Shown one piece after another: positions 1 to 9,078 of a DNA stretch of 64,000 bases (positions are counted from its first letter, which is position 1; every line of letters begins with the position of its first letter). This DNA comes from an uncultured Elusimicrobium sp. (lineage in GTDB: Bacteria; Elusimicrobiota; Elusimicrobia; Elusimicrobiales; Elusimicrobiaceae). The notes beneath the pieces are model-generated. The model ran no database searches. It was not told the DNA's origin and was given only the letters and a program-made list of their open reading frames with translations. The position numbers were made by a program, and so were the translations under genes. Location: positions 4,856 to 68,855 of the forward strand of contig CAMZDW010000003.1 of NCBI GenBank assembly GCA_947305555.1, in the 5' to 3' direction.

Positions 1-864
1 GGCGGCACTCAAACGAATTTAACCGTTATTGCAGCTATGTTGCGCCCATATCAATGTGTTATTTCAGCCGATACCGGCCACATCAATGTACATGAAACAG
101 GCGCAATTGAAGCAACTGGACACCGTATTTTATCTGTTCCTTCCCATAACGGCAAAATTACTGCTCAGCAAATTCACCAAGTGTGCCAGGCCCATTGGCA
201 AGATGACAATCCGGAATTTGCCCCCCAACCGCGACTCGTCTATCTATCCTTGCCAACCGAATTTGGAACCATGTATTCCAAAAAAGAATTGCAAGAAATC
301 CGACAGGCGTGCGATAAAAATAAACTTTTCTTATTTATCGATGGAGCCCGCTTGGGATATGGTTTAGCCGCGCAGGGAAACGATATCACCCTACCGGATT
401 TGGCCGCTTATTGTGATGCTTTCTATATCGGAGGCACCAAATTAGGCGCCTTGCTTGGGGAAGCGGTCGTAATGTCTAATGAAAAAATCCAAAAAGATTT
501 TCGTTACTTCATAAAACAGAAGGGAGCTATGCTGGCTAAAGGACGCGTGCTAGGAATTCAATTTTTGGCACTACTGGAAAATGATTTATATTTTCAACTG
601 GGCGCCCATGCCAACAAACAAGCTCTCAAAATTCGCAAGGCCTTTGAAAAAGCCGGTTTCCCAGCCATGTATGATTCCCCCACCAATCAGCAGTTTTTTG
701 CTTTGCCAAATGCGTTAGTAAAGCAACTGGAAGAAACTTACGCCTTTGCACATATTCAACCGTTAGAACATAATCAAACCCTCATACGTATTTGTACCAG
801 TTGGGCCACGCGAGAAGAAGATGTTACTCAACTTATCGAAGACATTAAGCGCTTAACGGAGTAA
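1..864 (+). CDS. ltaE: Low-specificity L-threonine aldolase (PLP beta-eliminating lyase family), 5' truncated by the window edge
   Basis: Frame 1 is open from base 1 (GGTQTNL...). Motifs [18 protein letters not shown] and GGTKLG (PLP lysine). Confidence 0.85.
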   Translation, partial: GGTQTNLTVIAAMLRPYQCVISADTGHINVHETGAIEATGHRILSVPSHNGKITAQQIHQVCQAHWQDDNPEFAPQPRLVYLSLPTEFGTMYSKKELQEIRQACDKNKLFLFIDGARLGYGLAAQGNDITLPDLAAYCDAFYIGGTKLGALLGEAVVMSNEKIQKDFRYFIKQKGAMLAKGRVLGIQFLALLENDLYFQLGAHANKQALKIRKAFEKAGFPAMYDSPTNQQFFALPNALVKQLEETYAFAHIQPLEHNQTLIRICTSWATREEDVTQLIEDIKRLTE

Positions 865-868
865 GAAA

Positions 869-1699
869 ATGTTACACATTGGGTGTCATCTATCGTCTTC
901 AGATGGTTTTGAAGCTATGGGGAAAACTGCCTTGCGTATCGGGGCCAATACGTTCCAATTTTTTACACGAAATCCGCGTGGAAGTAAAGCTAAAGAAATT
1001 GATCCTCAAGATGCGGCCGCCCTCGTTCACTTATTAAAAGAACATCATTTTGCGCCCATTATTGCCCACGCCCCTTATACTTTAAACCCAGCTTCAGCAG
1101 ACCCTAAAACACGTGAATTTGCCCTACTTACCATGCAAGATGATTTGCAACGCATGGAATATGTACCTGGCAACTTGTATAATTTTCACCCTGGTTCGCA
1201 CGTAGGACAAGGAACGGAAAAAGGCATAGAACTCATCTGTTGGCTACTTAATGAAATCTTAACTTCCAAACAACAAACCACCGTGCTGTTAGAAACGATG
1301 TCTGGGAAAGGCAGCGAAATCGGACGCACATTTGAGGAACTGGCAGAAATCCTTAGTCGCGTCAAACAAAACGACAAGATGGGCGTTTGCTTGGATACCT
1401 GTCACATACATGATGCCGGTTATTCATTGGCTAAATTAGATAACGTATTAACTGAGTTTGATAAAAAAATAGGACTTTCCCGTTTAAAAGCAGTCCATCT
1501 AAATGATAGCTTAAATCCTTTGGGAGCACACAAAGATCGCCACGCAGTAATTGGCGGAGGCCAAATCGGTACGGAAATTTTGGCCAGTGTGATCAATCAC
1601 CCGGCATTAAAAGAATTACCGTTTTGTTTGGAAACGCCCAACGATTTAGAAGGATATGCCCGGGAAATTAGTTTATTGAAAAAGCTGTACCACGCCTAA
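869..1699 (+). CDS. nfo: Endonuclease IV (AP endonuclease 2)
   Basis: Motifs [38 protein letters not shown]. Confidence 0.95.
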   Translation: MLHIGCHLSSSDGFEAMGKTALRIGANTFQFFTRNPRGSKAKEIDPQDAAALVHLLKEHHFAPIIAHAPYTLNPASADPKTREFALLTMQDDLQRMEYVPGNLYNFHPGSHVGQGTEKGIELICWLLNEILTSKQQTTVLLETMSGKGSEIGRTFEELAEILSRVKQNDKMGVCLDTCHIHDAGYSLAKLDNVLTEFDKKIGLSRLKAVHLNDSLNPLGAHKDRHAVIGGGQIGTEILASVINHPALKELPFCLETPNDLEGYAREISLLKKLYHA

Positions 1700-2409
1700 T
1701 TTTTCCGCCGGCAAACAATCATAGCACTATAACCACCGTCTATAATGGCTGCCAAGCTGGATGGAAAAAATTTATACATCACTTTACGCACAAACCAATC
1801 TATCTTTTGCTTCACGTTTTTAGGCGTATAGGTAGGTTTTTCCATATATTTATTATCATAGGAAACGGCCAAAATCTCTAGATTATGGCGCTTCAATAAC
1901 CGCTTTAAAAACGGCATGGTATAAGCATGTACATGCCCAACCAAATGAAACTCATTGGCCAGAAATTCCGGATGTAAAACGGCAAAAAGAGATAATTGTA
2001 GCGGTACATGTAATACTATAGTGGGCGCCAGGTGAGTAACCTCCTCCAGCCAAGCTTCATCCTCCACTACATGTTCCATCACATCTATTCCCAATGCTAA
2101 ATCAAAAGGGCCTGCGGGTTTATTTTCTTCGCAGCAAAAAGAAACATTTTCCGGTTTATGTTGTAAACATAATTCGTACGCCTGGCGGGAAATATCATAT
2201 CCGGTAAAACGCATTTGTGGTTGCTCAGCCGCCCACAATTTAATTAGTTCACCACTGCCGCAACCCATATCGCATACCGTCTTAAACGCATCCGTCAATT
2301 TCGCTCTTTTTAATACTTGTTGTAACTTCCCCAGCTTCCAGGAGGCGTCTTCGGCGTGCCAAGTAGGATTATTCTTTAGATAAGTACCGTCTTTATACAC
2401 ATTGTTCAT
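1696..2409 (-). CDS. Class I SAM-dependent methyltransferase
   Basis: DMGCGSG motif I, GYDIS and DVMEHV. Start moved to ATG 2409 because the longer ORF runs into the tRNA-Ala gene. Confidence 0.8.
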   Translation of the reverse strand: MNNVYKDGTYLKNNPTWHAEDASWKLGKLQQVLKRAKLTDAFKTVCDMGCGSGELIKLWAAEQPQMRFTGYDISRQAYELCLQHKPENVSFCCEENKPAGPFDLALGIDVMEHVVEDEAWLEEVTHLAPTIVLHVPLQLSLFAVLHPEFLANEFHLVGHVHAYTMPFLKRLLKRHNLEILAVSYDNKYMEKPTYTPKNVKQKIDWFVRKVMYKFFPSSLAAIIDGGYSAMIVCRRKN

Positions 2410-2426
2410 AAAACCGCTATATATGC

Positions 2427-2455
2427 AAAAAGCCCACTTAAAAAGGGGCTTTTTT
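2427..2455. terminator. Intrinsic terminator downstream of tRNA-Ala
   Basis: AAAAAGCCC...GGGCTTTTT inverted repeat with A/T tails. Confidence 0.65.
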
Positions 2456-2459
2456 AAAA

Positions 2460-2535
2460 TGGTGGACCTGACAAGGATCGAACTTGCGACCTCCTGCATG
2501 CCATGCAGGCGCTCTCCCAGCTGAGCTACAGGCCC
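2460..2535 (-). tRNA. tRNA-Ala (GGC)
   Basis: Reverse complement GGGCCTGTAGCTCAGCTGGGAGAGCGCCTGCATGGCATGCAGGAGGTCGCAAGTTCGATCCTTGTCAGGTCCACCA: 76-nt cloverleaf, G3-U70, encoded CCA. Confidence 0.97.
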
Positions 2536-2551
2536 TTAAATCTATATTATT

Positions 2552-2580
2552 ATTGTAACAATTTTTTATTCATTCTGCAA
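2552..2580 (-). promoter_or_regulatory. Sigma70-type promoter of tRNA-Ala
   Basis: TTGCAG-N17-TACAAT with an extended -10 TG on the minus strand. Confidence 0.7.
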
Positions 2581-2687
2581 CTCTTTTCAGCCGTTAATTA
2601 CATCCCTTAACAGCAATAACTTAATGAATAAATAGAAATCGTTTCGACGAAACGCAAGTGCGCCCGGCAGGACTCATACTTTTATTT

Positions 2688-3425
2688 TTAGAGGCCAAGC
2701 CCTAATGTATCAACGAGAAACATTGGCATTTTGGCCTTTTCCATTTTCGCTTGCGTTATGTGGAAATCGTACTCCTGCCGGATAAACCGAAATGTATTTT
2801 CCTGTGTATCCCAAATCCCGAAAGATGCCCGTGTGTCTTGATCACGAGGTTTTCCTACGGCGCCTGGATTAATTATATAACGCATGGATGGATCTAGCTG
2901 CACGGTAGTGTCTGCGCTGGAACTGACATAAATGGAACAGTGTTTAGCATTTCCCTTCATGTAAAAAGGCACGTGTGTATGGCCCACAAAACAAATTTTA
3001 CCTTTCCATAAATTGTAGTTGGCATAAAACTGAGAGGTACTCACTAAATATTCTTTCACGGGATCCCGTGGTGTTCCGTGCAGAACGGTGTAATCAGGTT
3101 TTTCTTCAATCGTCGCGAGAGCTGTTAAAGCGCGGATAGAGGCTTCCGTTAAATACGATTTACTCCAATCAAGCGAATTGCGTGCTTCATTATTAAAAAT
3201 TTCTTCTAGTTCCGGATGAGCAAACACTGCATCGTGATTTCCAAGTACGCACGCTAACAGTGGCAAGGATAAAATTTTTTGAACACATTTTTCAGGATCC
3301 GGCCCGTATCCTATAAAATCCCCACAATAGATGTACCCTTGCACGCCTTCTTTTTTAAAACGAGCCAAACACGCTTCCAATGCTTCCAAGTTTGCATGCA
3401 CATCTGAAAATACACCTATTTTCAT
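2688..3425 (-). CDS. Calcineurin-like metallophosphoesterase (Metallophos_2 type)
   Basis: Motifs SDVHAN, GDFIGYG, GNHD, HG, GHTH, INPGAVG. Confidence 0.9.
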   Translation of the reverse strand: MKIGVFSDVHANLEALEACLARFKKEGVQGYIYCGDFIGYGPDPEKCVQKILSLPLLACVLGNHDAVFAHPELEEIFNNEARNSLDWSKSYLTEASIRALTALATIEEKPDYTVLHGTPRDPVKEYLVSTSQFYANYNLWKGKICFVGHTHVPFYMKGNAKHCSIYVSSSADTTVQLDPSMRYIINPGAVGKPRDQDTRASFGIWDTQENTFRFIRQEYDFHITQAKMEKAKMPMFLVDTLGLGL

Positions 3426-6400
3426 TACGCCTCCGCTAGGGCTTCAATGGTTTGTTTCTTTTTAACCTCTTCCGGGTTGGTACGGTCGGCCAAGTTGACC
3501 GACATTACTTTAGAAACCCCACTCTCTTCCATGGTAATTCCGTAAAGCATCCGGGCCGCTTCCATTGTACGTTTATTATGCGTAACTACAATAAATTGCG
3601 TTGTTTTAGAAAACTCTTTGATCAAGTTGACGTAACGCTCCACATTCGCTTCGTCTAACGCGGCATCTGCCTCGTCCATAATACAGAACGGAGAAGGATT
3701 ATGAGTAAAGAAAGCAAACAATAATGACATAGCCGTTAATGTCTTTTCTCCGCCGGACATAGAACTAATGTTGAGCAGTTTTTTGCCCGGTGGCTGAGCA
3801 TAAATTTCAATGCCGGTTTCCAACAGGTTATCCGGCTGAGTCAGCACTAGGTCACACTCGCCGCCGCGGAACAGCGTTTGATAAATATTTTTAAAATGCG
3901 TGCGTACTTGTTCAAATGTATATTTAAAATTCTCACGGGTTGTTTGGTTAATTTTTTGGATGGCGGATTTTAAATCTTTCTTCGCGCTTTCCAAATCCCC
4001 GATTTGGCTGCGTAAGAAATTATGCCGCTCCGTTAAAGCGTCATATTCCTCCGGCGCCGTCATATTGACCGCTCCCATATTTTCAATGCGCTTACGCATC
4101 ATTTTCACACGCTCGTAATCCACCGTTTTTTCGCCGTATTTTAACTGCGCTTCTTCAGGCGTAATGTTCCAACTCTCAAACAAATTATTTGCTACCGTTG
4201 TACGCTGGCGGCGCGCGTTAGCTAACGCATTTTCCAAATCATTTTTGCGAATAGACAAATCGGAAAATTCTTTCTTACAAGCATTTAAAGCCTGGGTTTT
4301 TTCGCTTAATTCCTTTTTCAAACTTTCCAATTCCTCACGCATTTTATGTTCCGTAAGCTCCAGTTGCGCTAGTGTATCGCGTTCGGTAGAAAGTTTAGCC
4401 TGGGTAGAAAGTTTTTCATCCGCTAAACTTTTAATACGCAAATTGGATGAAGCAATTTTTTCATTACGTTTTCCTTCATTTTCCGTTAAACTGTTAAATT
4501 CGTATTCGGTTGCTTTTAAGTCCAGCTCCACATTATTTTTTTTGATACGAACTTCGTACAATTTGGCGCTGCTGGCATTTAATTCATTCTTCAATGTTTC
4601 GGCTTTTTGGCGAAGGGAAATTTGCGTTTTTTTGATTTCTTCGCTGTGCGCGGACGTAGCGGCTTGTTTCTCTTTCAATGTTTCCAAATTTTGTTTTAAC
4701 GTTTGTACTGTTTGCTTGCGATTGTCTACACGCAGCGTAATTTCCTGTTTGCGGGCCGCAGCTTGTTCCAAACTTTGGCGGACTTGTGCCAACTCACGCG
4801 ATTTATTAATCTGTTCGTTTTGGACCGTATTCAAAGCGACGGCCGCTTCCTGTTGTTTCAAACGGAGCGTTTTTAACTGTTCTTCAGCCTGCGTAATTTT
4901 TTCGTAATTCGCAATAATTTGAGCGGAACATTTTTCTTCTTCTGCATTTTTGGCTTCCATCTCGCTACGGACGGTTTCTTCTTCTCCCCAGTAGGCTTCC
5001 GGCGCGCGAACGTCCTTCGCCCCAGCCCCGATAAAAAATGTACTGCGGACCGTGCCATCCTCGTAATCATATTCGCCAATGATCCAATTGATTAAATTTT
5101 CCAGTTCCTCTTTATATTTGAGTTCTTTTTTAAGCGTGCCTTTGGCTGATTTCACTTTGGGTACATTTTCCAAAATAATTAATTTAGCACGTGCTTTTCC
5201 GTTGTTCCGCAATAGTTCTGCCACGGCTTGAGCTGTTTTTTCATCTGCACAAAGAACGGCATCTAAATATTTTCCGAAAGATTCTTCCACGGCTACGCCC
5301 AATTTAGCCGGATATTTAATGGCTTTACGAAGGGTTCCTTTAACACCTTTCAACCCACTCTCCGCAGCCAATTTAGCTCCCACCCAATACGGGTCGTTTT
5401 TCCCTTGTGTTTGAATCATCTCCAGCTTAGTTGCCAAAGCCGCACGAGCAGATTTTAGAGAAGATAATTGTTCGTTTAACGTGACCCGTTCCTGCTGAAG
5501 CTCCTGACGGAGCGTTTCGCTTTTTGAAATGGCTTCTTGTGTTTTTTCATGAGCTTGTTGAGCTGCCGCCGCACGGGTAGAAACTTCCTTCAAGGCACTC
5601 TCCAACTCTGCTGCGAGTTGGGCTTGTGATTGGCTGGCTTTTTCTGCCGTGATTAAATCTTCCTGCTCGCGCTGGGCAGAAGATTCTTCCAGCGCAATAC
5701 GATTTGAGATTTGCATTTGCTGCTGGACTAAATCCATTAGTTCGCCAGACACGCGTTGCAACTCTCGTTCTGCTTGTAATAAATCTTGCTCCAGTTGTTG
5801 CGCAGAAGCAGTTTGTTCGTTATATTTTTCTTGTAACGGTGCCAGTTCTGCCGTCACCTGTGCCACTTGTTCTTTAAGTTTAGTAATGGTGGGCGCTAAT
5901 TCTTGTAAACGATTTTGACCGCGTTGAGCTTCTGCCCCCGAAGAGGCAATCTGGGCTGTTAATTCTGCCGTTAAATTATCACAATTTTTAATAGCCCCTT
6001 CCAATAAACCGACTTGGTACTTACTAGCTGAAATCTTTTCATTAAATTCGGCCGTTTCTTTTTGTTTATGGGTTAAATTCAAATCTAAGGCGGCAGCGGC
6101 TCCTTCCTGGGCAGAAATACGATTTTCCAAATCTTCTTGTTTACGGACAACCGGCTCTAATTCGCCACTGTGTTTAGCAATTTGCGCGTCGGCCTCTTTA
6201 ATAGAACAAACTGAAATGGCAATTTCACTTTCTTTAAGTTCTTCACGATATTTTTGATACAACCGCGCTTTTTTTGCTTCGCTGTCTAACTTTTTAATTT
6301 GTTCCGCGATCAGCGCCACGGTATCTGCCAAGCGTGCCAAATCTAAATCTACACGCTCTAGACGGCGAATACATTCTTCACGTTTAGCTTTATATTTTGA

Positions 6401-6901
6401 AACGCCAGCCACTTCTTCAAACATTTCGCGCCGTTCTTCGGCGGAAGCAGCTAATACGCTTTCCACACCGCCCTGGTCAATAATGGCATATCCTTCACCA
6501 CCGATACCGGTATCTAAAAATAAATCGCGAATATCGCGCAGGCGGCATTGCACTTTATTCAAATAATATTCACTTTCACCGGAACGAAAAATTTTTCGTG
6601 TCACGGTAATTTCATTAAAATCTAAAGGAAGTTGACGCGAAGCATTATCAAAAATCATGCTTACTTGCGCCATATTTAAAGGAGCACGTTTAACAGTTCC
6701 ATTAAAAATAATATCTACCATGGAGGAAGAACGAAGCGACTTCCAACTCATCTCACCGATTGCCCAACGTACCGAATCAATTACGTTCGATTTACCACAT
6801 CCGTTCGGCCCTACTACACACGTAATACCGGGTTCAAAATCCAAGCGTGATTTGTCCGCAAAAGATTTAAAACCCAGAATTTCAATCGCTTTTAAATACA
6901 T
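3425..6901 (-). CDS. smc: Chromosome segregation protein SMC
   Basis: Walker A GPNGCGKSN, Q-loop IDQG, long coiled coils, central hinge, signature MSGGEK, Walker B DEADAALD. Confidence 0.95.
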   Translation of the reverse strand: MYLKAIEILGFKSFADKSRLDFEPGITCVVGPNGCGKSNVIDSVRWAIGEMSWKSLRSSSMVDIIFNGTVKRAPLNMAQVSMIFDNASRQLPLDFNEITVTRKIFRSGESEYYLNKVQCRLRDIRDLFLDTGIGGEGYAIIDQGGVESVLAASAEERREMFEEVAGVSKYKAKREECIRRLERVDLDLARLADTVALIAEQIKKLDSEAKKARLYQKYREELKESEIAISVCSIKEADAQIAKHSGELEPVVRKQEDLENRISAQEGAAAALDLNLTHKQKETAEFNEKISASKYQVGLLEGAIKNCDNLTAELTAQIASSGAEAQRGQNRLQELAPTITKLKEQVAQVTAELAPLQEKYNEQTASAQQLEQDLLQAERELQRVSGELMDLVQQQMQISNRIALEESSAQREQEDLITAEKASQSQAQLAAELESALKEVSTRAAAAQQAHEKTQEAISKSETLRQELQQERVTLNEQLSSLKSARAALATKLEMIQTQGKNDPYWVGAKLAAESGLKGVKGTLRKAIKYPAKLGVAVEESFGKYLDAVLCADEKTAQAVAELLRNNGKARAKLIILENVPKVKSAKGTLKKELKYKEELENLINWIIGEYDYEDGTVRSTFFIGAGAKDVRAPEAYWGEEETVRSEMEAKNAEEEKCSAQIIANYEKITQAEEQLKTLRLKQQEAAVALNTVQNEQINKSRELAQVRQSLEQAAARKQEITLRVDNRKQTVQTLKQNLETLKEKQAATSAHSEEIKKTQISLRQKAETLKNELNASSAKLYEVRIKKNNVELDLKATEYEFNSLTENEGKRNEKIASSNLRIKSLADEKLSTQAKLSTERDTLAQLELTEHKMREELESLKKELSEKTQALNACKKEFSDLSIRKNDLENALANARRQRTTVANNLFESWNITPEEAQLKYGEKTVDYERVKMMRKRIENMGAVNMTAPEEYDALTERHNFLRSQIGDLESAKKDLKSAIQKINQTTRENFKYTFEQVRTHFKNIYQTLFRGGECDLVLTQPDNLLETGIEIYAQPPGKKLLNISSMSGGEKTLTAMSLLFAFFTHNPSPFCIMDEADAALDEANVERYVNLIKEFSKTTQFIVVTHNKRTMEAARMLYGITMEESGVSKVMSVNLADRTNPEEVKKKQTIEALAEA

Positions 6902-7030
6902 AACTTCCCCTTATATGGATATTATTTATTATACCATTTAACCTAGTTTCATATATAGAAAAGCCCCTTTTTTACTTCGTACGCGTACTATTAAAAAAGG
7001 CTCCGAGGAAACTTCGGCGAAAAAAAATGC

Positions 7031-7059
7031 TTGCAAAGTGTAAAAATTTTTATTAGACT
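7031..7059 (+). promoter_or_regulatory. Sigma70-type promoter for the small basic protein gene
   Basis: TTGCAA-N17-TAGACT, A-rich upstream, SD AAGGAGGA before ATG 7101. Confidence 0.65.
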
Positions 7060-7100
7060 TTTCTCGTAAGACTGATTTCCTTAAAGGAGGATTATCTAAC

Positions 7101-7325
7101 ATGGCAGAAAAAGTATTGAAAGTAGGCATGGACCGCGAAGACGGTTTCTTGTACTACATTGACAAAGACGGCGATATCGCCCGCGTACAAATGGCCCGCG
7201 GCGGCAAAAAAGGCGGTAAACCGAAAAAAGTAGAAAAATGCGGTATCAAAAAAGAAAAAGGATATCTCTATTTCTTAGATAAGAAAGGCGATATTTCCAG
7301 AGCTAAAATGGTAAACGCAAAATAA
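7101..7325 (+). CDS. Small basic two-repeat protein; candidate CC1-like nucleoid-associated DNA-binding protein
   Basis: 74 aa, 20 K/R versus 11 D/E, duplicated motif REDGFLYYIDKDGDIAR / KEKGYLYFLDKKGDISR. Strong SD, promoter and terminator. The CC1 similarity is recalled, not searched. Confidence 0.75.
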   Translation: MAEKVLKVGMDREDGFLYYIDKDGDIARVQMARGGKKGGKPKKVEKCGIKKEKGYLYFLDKKGDISRAKMVNAK

Positions 7326-7330
7326 GTTTT

Positions 7331-7363
7331 AAAACCCCCGGAGCTTTCGCCTCGGGGGTTTTT
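7331..7363. terminator. Intrinsic terminator, probably bidirectional
   Basis: AAAACCCCCG...CGGGGGTTTTT. Confidence 0.8.
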
Positions 7364-7509
7364 ATGCGCATTTAATTAAAATAGGCATTTCTCTCAGTAC
7401 TGGCGTCTCCATCGGAATTAATCCCTCGCTCCACACGCAACTCCCGGCGTGCTGTTCTGCACTGAAATAACTCTTTTTTGATATTTTGCCAGCAAGCGAA
7501 AGCCGATTT

Positions 7510-8481
7510 TTATCTAAAAATTTTCGTCCACATATACACACTTCTCCAACCGCATAGTTTCACTAAAACAAACAAGGCTCCCCACCGAAGTTTAACCTGC
7601 CAACTTCCCTTCTTCATCACGTTCTCAACATGATAAAAAGCCTGTTTTTGCAGTGAAAGATATTGTTTCCGTTTTACAACAGGCAGTTTACGGAAGGCAC
7701 AAATTCGCCAGATCACCATTTTCACCCATTGTAAAGCGACCTTCTCTTCCCATAAAGAACGCTCCTGCAAAATATGCTGCAAGTCCAACAAGTTTTTTAA
7801 CTGATCGATTACCATTCGTTCACACTGAGCGGTAATACACATACTCAGTCCCTTGCGGTAAAAATAAAGAGATTGCGACACTACTTCAATTTTGCGTGCC
7901 TCCATAAAGGCTTGCACCACGAAGGGGAGATCTTCGGCAATTCTTCCCTCTAAAAAGGAGATTTTAATAGCATGCAGCCATTGGCGAAGGAATAATTTTC
8001 CCCAAACCACACTATCATAATACCCGCAGCGAAACCGTGACACCAACGTATTGGAAGGTTTTTCATAAAATAGACTGCCGCAGTGAGCAGATGACGTCCG
8101 CAAACCGTCTTCACTTATTTCCTTAAAAAAACATTTTGTAATCTCCGCGCCACTGGCTTGGGCCGCTTGGTATAAAGTGCTTAGATAATCCGGCGAAATT
8201 AAATCATCCGCATCCACAAATGCTATATATTCTCCACGCGCATATTCAATTAACCGATTGCGGGTGATGGCAACACCTGCATTGGCTTGAGTAAATACGC
8301 GTAAACGCGGCTCGTTTTTTTGAAAGGTACGCAATAGATTTAATGAATGATCCGTTGAACCATCATCTAAACAAACAATTTCAAAATCCGTAAATCTTTG
8401 TTTAGACACAGACTCTAAGCAAACCGCAAGATATTTTCCCGCATTATACACGGGAATTAACACCGATATAGTAGGTAACAT
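7510..8481 (-). CDS. Glycosyltransferase family 2
   Basis: Motifs ISVLIPVYN, DDGSTD, FVDADD, WGKLF, ED. Confidence 0.92.
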   Translation of the reverse strand: MLPTISVLIPVYNAGKYLAVCLESVSKQRFTDFEIVCLDDGSTDHSLNLLRTFQKNEPRLRVFTQANAGVAITRNRLIEYARGEYIAFVDADDLISPDYLSTLYQAAQASGAEITKCFFKEISEDGLRTSSAHCGSLFYEKPSNTLVSRFRCGYYDSVVWGKLFLRQWLHAIKISFLEGRIAEDLPFVVQAFMEARKIEVVSQSLYFYRKGLSMCITAQCERMVIDQLKNLLDLQHILQERSLWEEKVALQWVKMVIWRICAFRKLPVVKRKQYLSLQKQAFYHVENVMKKGSWQVKLRWGALFVLVKLCGWRSVYMWTKIFR

Positions 8482-8818
8482 ATGCTTCTCTCCATATGTT
8501 TCGTTCTACAGTGCGTAGAAAAGGAGAACGTCCCGGAACTCCTTGTGAAGCTTGCGAAGGGATTATCAATAAAAAACGGCTGTTTATGCCGAGCCAGAGA
8601 AGGTGCCCGAACTTAGACAGCCGTGGTCTGCCGCTCCTCAAGGAAACGACAAACACTGGATGGCGACGAACAAGGCTCATGATTTCCTTGTTCTATCGCG
8701 CATCTAAAACGACTGTCTTTGGACTTCTCTGAACTGCTATCGCAGCACGCCCATTCTTCACAGGCTTCCAAAAAACAGCAAATCTTACTTATGTTCGCAT
8801 GAACCGCGAACATAAGTA
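8477..8818 (-). ncRNA. Candidate structured leader or ncRNA upstream of the GT2 gene
   Basis: About eight consecutive hairpins, several with G-U pairs that form only on the minus strand. One is terminator-like and one covers the start codon. Confidence 0.5.
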
Positions 8819-9007
8819 TATATTACCAAATTAAATCACATCTGGACCGCAGGGGCCCTCTGCTAACCGACATAGGATGCCTTGATTTTTTTGCTTTTCC
8901 TTTTACACTACTAATATCTGCCGGATAGGAGGCGCACCCAAAGAACCGTTCATTCCGCCGTAATTTATTCCCGTTGTTTCCCCCTTACGCGCGAGCGCGC
9001 GCAATCG

Positions 9008-9036
9008 TTGACAGTTGCCCTTTATAATGGTTTAAT
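9008..9036 (+). promoter_or_regulatory. Promoter of the hpf-PTS operon
   Basis: TTGACA-N17-TTTAAT, followed by a short hairpin and SD GGAGG. Confidence 0.55.
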
Positions 9037-9078
9037 AGATTAACGGGATATTTTCCCGTAACCGTATTGGAGGAATAT

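Noticed and set aside
2410-2499. N-terminal extension of the methyltransferase ORF
   Set aside because: It overlaps tRNA-Ala and its terminator; ATG 2409 is the more plausible start.
4164-4907. 247-aa plus-strand ORF and other long antisense ORFs (e.g. 9586-10173, 15088-15690)
   Set aside because: Shadow frames of well-supported genes, with no motifs.
2688-6901. SbcCD or Wadjet defence system
   Set aside because: The SMC has condensin-type head motifs and a hinge rather than a zinc hook, and no kleisin, KITE or JetD genes are present.
8444-8813. Three short ORFs (78, 78 and 66 aa) upstream of the GT2 gene
   Set aside because: No convincing SD or motifs, they overlap one another, and RNA structure explains the region better.
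8820-9060. raiA-motif RNA upstream of hpf
   Set aside because: I could not build the motif on the plus strand, the strong structure nearby is on the other strand, and hpf has a promoter only ~45 nt upstream. An Infernal search would settle it.
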